Positions 28,901 through 33,115 of a stretch of DNA of 33,115 bases are shown piece by piece. The position numbers and the translations under genes are program-made. Source of the stretch: Catajapyx aquilonaris. Lineage: Eukaryota. A model generated the notes under the pieces. That model had not been told where the DNA came from. It was given only the letters and a program-made list of their open reading frames with translations, and did no database searches. The stretch's first letter is position 1. Each line of letters opens with the position of its first letter. The DNA lies in assembly GCA_000934665.2 (NCBI GenBank), contig KZ539117.1:1-33115 (forward strand). Reading direction: 5' to 3'.

Positions 28901-31228
28901 AAAAAAAACAAAAAAACATAGTGTTAGTTGTGGTTTGAAAGCTGTGGCTTGTCAAACCGACGGAGGTATGTTATGAAAATTCAATTTGCTTGTGCAGTGG
29001 TAATTATCTGCAGCAGACAACTTTTATACCTTATTTGTAAAGAGATAAGAAAATGCTTTAATTTGACACCAACATTAGCCCAATCTGTGAAAAAATACGA
29101 AAATACGAGGATTTTTCTAAACGGATGCAGAAAATGTGACAGTTAAATCACAATAAAATGGACATTTTCAAAAATTTCTCCTGAACCCAGTTTTGGCCTA
29201 ATAAAATTGAAATAAATAATTTGGTGTTATCTCATAAGTAGCTGCTCATGTTATTTTGAAACATATCTGAGATGTGCGAGCACATGGCACCAGGTGATCT
29301 GGCTGGAATGGCCCGTAAGTGTAAACATTGGGGCCAGTCGGTACATGTTTTATGACATGTAGCGAATTGTATCTACATTTCGAGTACACGCTGCTCGCTA
29401 CAAAGAGGGAAAACAGAAACCAATAATATGAGTCCAGCTTGAGGCAAATGCCAAGGCAGTGACCACTCACAAGTCTGAAATGACCTTATAAGTGGGAGCA
29501 ATGGGTAAGCACCTGAAGGGATCCTAAAGACATGGGTTCCCTCCTTGTTGGAGACATGACCATTGCATTGTCTTCACTTTTGATGTTCCCTTTCCTCCAG
29601 TTGGGGATGGCCCCAGGAAGGAGTGAGAAGGAATGTAATACCATTGCCTCAGAAACCAATGTGCAATGCCTTCATTTGATATACCACATGTAGGAAGTTT
29701 CAGCATAAATTGGGCATCAAATTTTTCAGCACTTGAGATTTTAACATTCCAAAGTGTAATTTTATGGGTCCAACATGGACTGTCTGACCCCTGTGTACTA
29801 AGATGGTCAGTTATCAGTCCCTCAACCTTGACACCCTTTTAAAGCCCTCCCTGGTCATAAAAAAGGGTCACAATGGTCCCTTTCTTCCTCCTCCCTCAGG
29901 CGACTCAAAACTCTGAAAATTCCCCTCCACCAACTGCCAGTAGTTCTCAAAAGCTGTGCCCTAAGATTACAAATGGAGACATATTTTGACAACATTATTA
30001 TTTTCTGAAAACTAAAAATTGGATACATTGGTCAGGAGCACCTCTTTTTTGCACATTTTTTGGCGCTTGGTACTACATCACTTAAAATTTCACAATGGTG
30101 TAAATTCCGTATTCAGCTGATTTTTTAAAATGCTGCTTGGTATATGAATAATATGGAAAAAGTACCACAAACATGTGTAAGAGAGAGTTACACTGACAGA
30201 AAAAGTTACAGCTTTGCTGTTGTTAGTTAGTCCCAAACTTATGTTATCCCCCCCAATATTTCAGTGTTGAACTGCATGGATAGTTTTTAATGCTCTTATG
30301 CTACCTGATTTTAAAGGCAATATTGGCATCATTTTGTAAGTGGCACATCATTATCTGCTGGCTTCAAAAATAATGTGTTTATTTTTCAGTTTTGCAATTG
30401 TCGCCTGAGGAAGAAGAAAAGAGGGCTGAGGAACACAGGCGGGCTGAGGAAGACAGGAGAGCTGAGGAAGACAGGAGGGCTGAAGAAATGAAGAGGACTG
30501 AAGAAAACAATCGGACCGAGGAAGACGCAGGTATTTTTAAAAAGTGAATGGACGGTTCCTCTTTCAATGGTTCTCAAGGTGGAGGAAATTTATGTGCAGG
30601 AAAACGTCCAGGACACCTTGGCAGTGAAATAAATATTTGATGCCATTGCTGGCGTAATGATCGCAACTCACTGTGTTAGAGATGGGAAGGTGGGGATAAA
30701 ACCACGGTTTTTTTCGGTTTTTTCCCGAGGTCTCGTAAAAATTGGAAATTTTGTTTTTGTTTTTTTTATCTTGCATTTTTTTAGTTCAAAGTTGCTACAC
30801 ATGTTTAAAAAACCTTACGCATACTTTAAATCTGCGTATTTTCATTAGCGATCCCAGGGCGATACACCGACACATAAATCCTTATGCGCACTTTAAATCT
30901 GCATATTTTTATTAGCAATACGCTGACACATGTAAATTATTATGCAGTTATGCTCATATTAACTGAAGACTTTACCCATGCTGGTCACGACAACCATTCT
31001 GCTGCACCACTCACGTTTTGGGAAATTCAGGCTCAACTCGAAGCTGGTGGTCTCACGTGCACTGTGGTAGGTTTTCCTCAGCCGGAAGCAATGGTCGACC
31101 ACATTCACTTAGTTGGCCATGTTCCAGCAGACGCAGATCAGGACAATAATAATAATAATAATAATGGATACCCCGTGATAGGCCCCTTGGGCCTCTTAGG
31201 GGATCATCTTTTGAATTACCGACTTTAA
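25921..31228 (+). CDS. Gene D: orphan, largely low-complexity ~273-aa protein. Exons 25921-26030, 26416(or 26422)-26705, 30390-30530, 30948-31228
   Basis: Four open exons with consensus sites and matching phases: ttccag|ATG..AG|gtgagt (2), aacag|T..G|gttagt (1), ttttcag|TT..G|gtattt (1), atgcag|TT. Exon 1 MKKGYLKWMIPPCRVMLNRLTSEEI; exon 3 an RRAEED repeat; AATAAA at 31512. No homology recognised; extra exons possible. Confidence 0.55.
26809..27103. mobile_element. pogo/Tc1-mariner-type MITE
   Basis: TIRs CACTGTACTCCC(A/G)ATTATCCGGG at both ends, TA TSD (26807-08, 27104-05), subterminal gattatccg repeats. Confidence 0.9.
27173..27345 (+). mobile_element. Possible non-autonomous Helitron-like 5' end followed by a 36-bp-stem hairpin
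   Basis: A|TCTATATCAATAAAGGCGGATGTG then (CTGT)4; 27255-27290 and 27310-27345 are inverted repeats with 3 mismatches. No 3' CTRR end located. Confidence 0.35.
27942..28245 (+). mobile_element. tRNA-derived SINE, family 2, A-rich tail
   Basis: Head caccgaagcagtggtggcggagggg..gggttcgatcccc; TSD aaatatatgaaag(ca) at 27929-27943 and 28246-28260. Confidence 0.92.
28414..28445. mobile_element. 32-bp transposon remnant/excision footprint with 10-bp TIRs and 8-bp TSD (P-element-like)
   Basis: gttatgac [caaagatact-ggtactttcctt-agtatctttg] gttatgac; the opposite foldback arm has the empty site. Confidence 0.75.
30415..30527 (+). repeat. 18-bp coding repeat (~6 copies, RRAEED-like) in gene D exon 3
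   Basis: agg.gggctgaggaa.ac units; translates KRAEEH RRAEED RRAEED RRAEEM KRTEEN NRTEED. Confidence 0.85.
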
Positions 31229-31419
31229 TCATTTGCCTGAAATGTGATGGATTTTGATAGTGGGAGGAAACGGGAGAACCCCGAGAAAACCCACGCGAAC
31301 ACGGAGAGAACCCATCGAAACTCTATCCACATAAGTATCCTCCGTCCGACCCGGGGATCGAACTCGGGACCTTAGAGGTGGAAGGCTGCGGCGCTAACCG
31401 CTCGGCCACCGTGTCGCCC
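31148..31419 (-). mobile_element. tRNA-derived SINE, family 1, antisense in the last exon of gene D
   Basis: Reverse complement of the 12081 copy; TSD agatcaggacaat (31135-31147, 31423-31435). Confidence 0.93.
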
Positions 31420-32228
31420 TGTAGATCAGGACAATGTTACCGTAGATCAATTGAATGAGACCCAGTGCTCAGCAGCCGATGACTAGGAACGAATAGAGGA
31501 ATGAACATAAAAATAAAAAGTAGGCTACATGTTTCTCTATTCTAAATAATCAAGCATATTTTAACACACACTTGACACTTGTGAAAATTAAAACTTTGTT
31601 GAACATGACAAGGGAATTTTCATTTCTTCTTACTATTCTATGGTAAATTTTTTTGGAACTCTTTTCTCAAGTGAATTAAACACAAAGGACAAGCGTTCAC
31701 TACCTGAGACATGAAGACGGACCTAGGTGGGCCGCTCCTTTTCATTCTGCGGGCGTGGCCACTAGCGCAGCGCTCCACGTCAGTACCTATAGCTCCATAA
31801 CCATTTCGTATTCCAAAATTCCGTTTGTATCACTGATAGGGGACACTGTGAGGTGTATTTTAATATCAGTGTGATGACATTTGATTTTGGCTCTTTTTTG
31901 AAAATGTCATTTGTTTGCAAAAATGTCGCTTTTTGACATGAATTTGCACAGCTATCGGAAAGTGACTATTTTTGTCGGAAAGAGGAGACAATTTCGCACA
32001 TGAAGCACGTATTACACCATGCATTTACGTTGTCGTGTAAATGTAATAGGGGGGCACCTCTAACTGTGATCCAAGTGTAATTAGCACCTGTAGATAGGCA
32101 ACCACACATCAGCGGACCAAATCCTTGTGGGAAAGGTCCCAACGTGACCTGGACCTAAACATATCTCACACTCATCGACGGGCAAATTTTTTCGTGCAAA
32201 AGGTGATCACATTCACGTGGAATTGCCC

Positions 32229-33115
32229 ACTCTTCCAATCCAGATGTGGCACCACAGCTGTTTTCGACCTGGAGGCCCGTAATTGCGGGTTGGCTACCTT
32301 GAAGCGAGTTAAAAGTATTTTCTGAGCGAACTATGGCTTTCAGGCGGATATGTGCCAAACAAAGGTTGTAGAGAAACATGTACTCTACAAAAAGTATAAA
32401 GTACCTTTTCCACGCACGGTCCGTATTTTCGGAGCTACAGCGACTTGAAAAAGACTTTTCACTCGCTGAAGGGTAGCCAACCCACAATTACGGGCCTCCT
32501 GGGCGAAAACTGGCGTGGCGCCATATCTGATTTTGAAGAGTATGGTCCCTAGGACATTCCTACCAAATTTCATGCTTTCATCACCAAAGTGCACGGTTGA
32601 CCCTTTCATTCCTTAATTCCATGACTATGGGTTCAAGTCACTGTAGCTCTGAAAATAAGGACTCTACGTGGAAAAGGTACTTTATACTTTTTGTAGAGTA
32701 GGGGCCTACAAGTTTCTCTACAACCTTTGTTTGGCACACATCCGCCTGAAAGGCATAGTTCGCTCAGAAAATACTTTTAACTCGCTTCAAGGTAGCCAAC
32801 CCGCAATTATGGGCCTCCAGGTCGAAAACGGCTGGATTGGAAGAGTATGATTTCAGGGACATTCCTACCAAATTTCACCAATGCACGGTTGACTTTTTTT
32901 TTGTCGCGTAATTTGGTTCAAGTCGCTGTAGCTCCGAAAATACGGTCCGTACGTGGAAAGGTTACTATATACTTTTTGTAGAATACGTTTCTCCACAACA
33001 TTTGTTTGGCACATATCTGCCTAAGAAGCATAGTTCGCTCAGAAAAAGACTTGTCTCTCGCTTCAGTGTAGCCAACCCGCCTCCTGGGCGAAAACGGGCG
33101 TGGCGCCATATCTGA
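32229..33115. repeat. Array of a ~285-bp unit: one inverted copy, one partial and two direct copies; runs off the window
   Basis: ttcaagtc.ctgtagctc.gaaaata starts at 32632 and 32917; its reverse complement spans 32229-32449; a 3'-half copy lies at about 32447-32627. Confidence 0.9.

Overview
Eukaryotic (metazoan, most likely arthropod; taxon is inference) genomic DNA with spliced genes and dense, often nested, small transposons. The one firmly identifiable gene is NRDE2 (+, 4 exons, 13871-17174, ~1020 aa; nuclear RNAi/MTR4-exosome regulator). It is flanked on both sides by two outward-diverging paralogues I cannot name: gene A (-, 11126-414, ~1457 aa) and gene C (+, 18350-22584, ~1216 aa). 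They share intron positions, a coiled coil, an unrecognised ~140-aa domain, PxVxL-like motifs, a VAILGPC[RK]ST motif, a Q-rich tract and a C-terminal MYND-type finger lacking its last Cys. A fourth, orphan gene D (+, 25921-31228) can be assembled from four phase-compatible exons and has a SINE in its last coding exon. Non-coding space holds three tRNA-derived SINE families, hAT, Harbinger-type and pogo-type MITEs, several foldback elements, a solo LTR, a decayed Tigger transposase, a 32-bp P-like footprint and a ~285-bp repeat array. All gene models and family calls were made by eye, without database searches.
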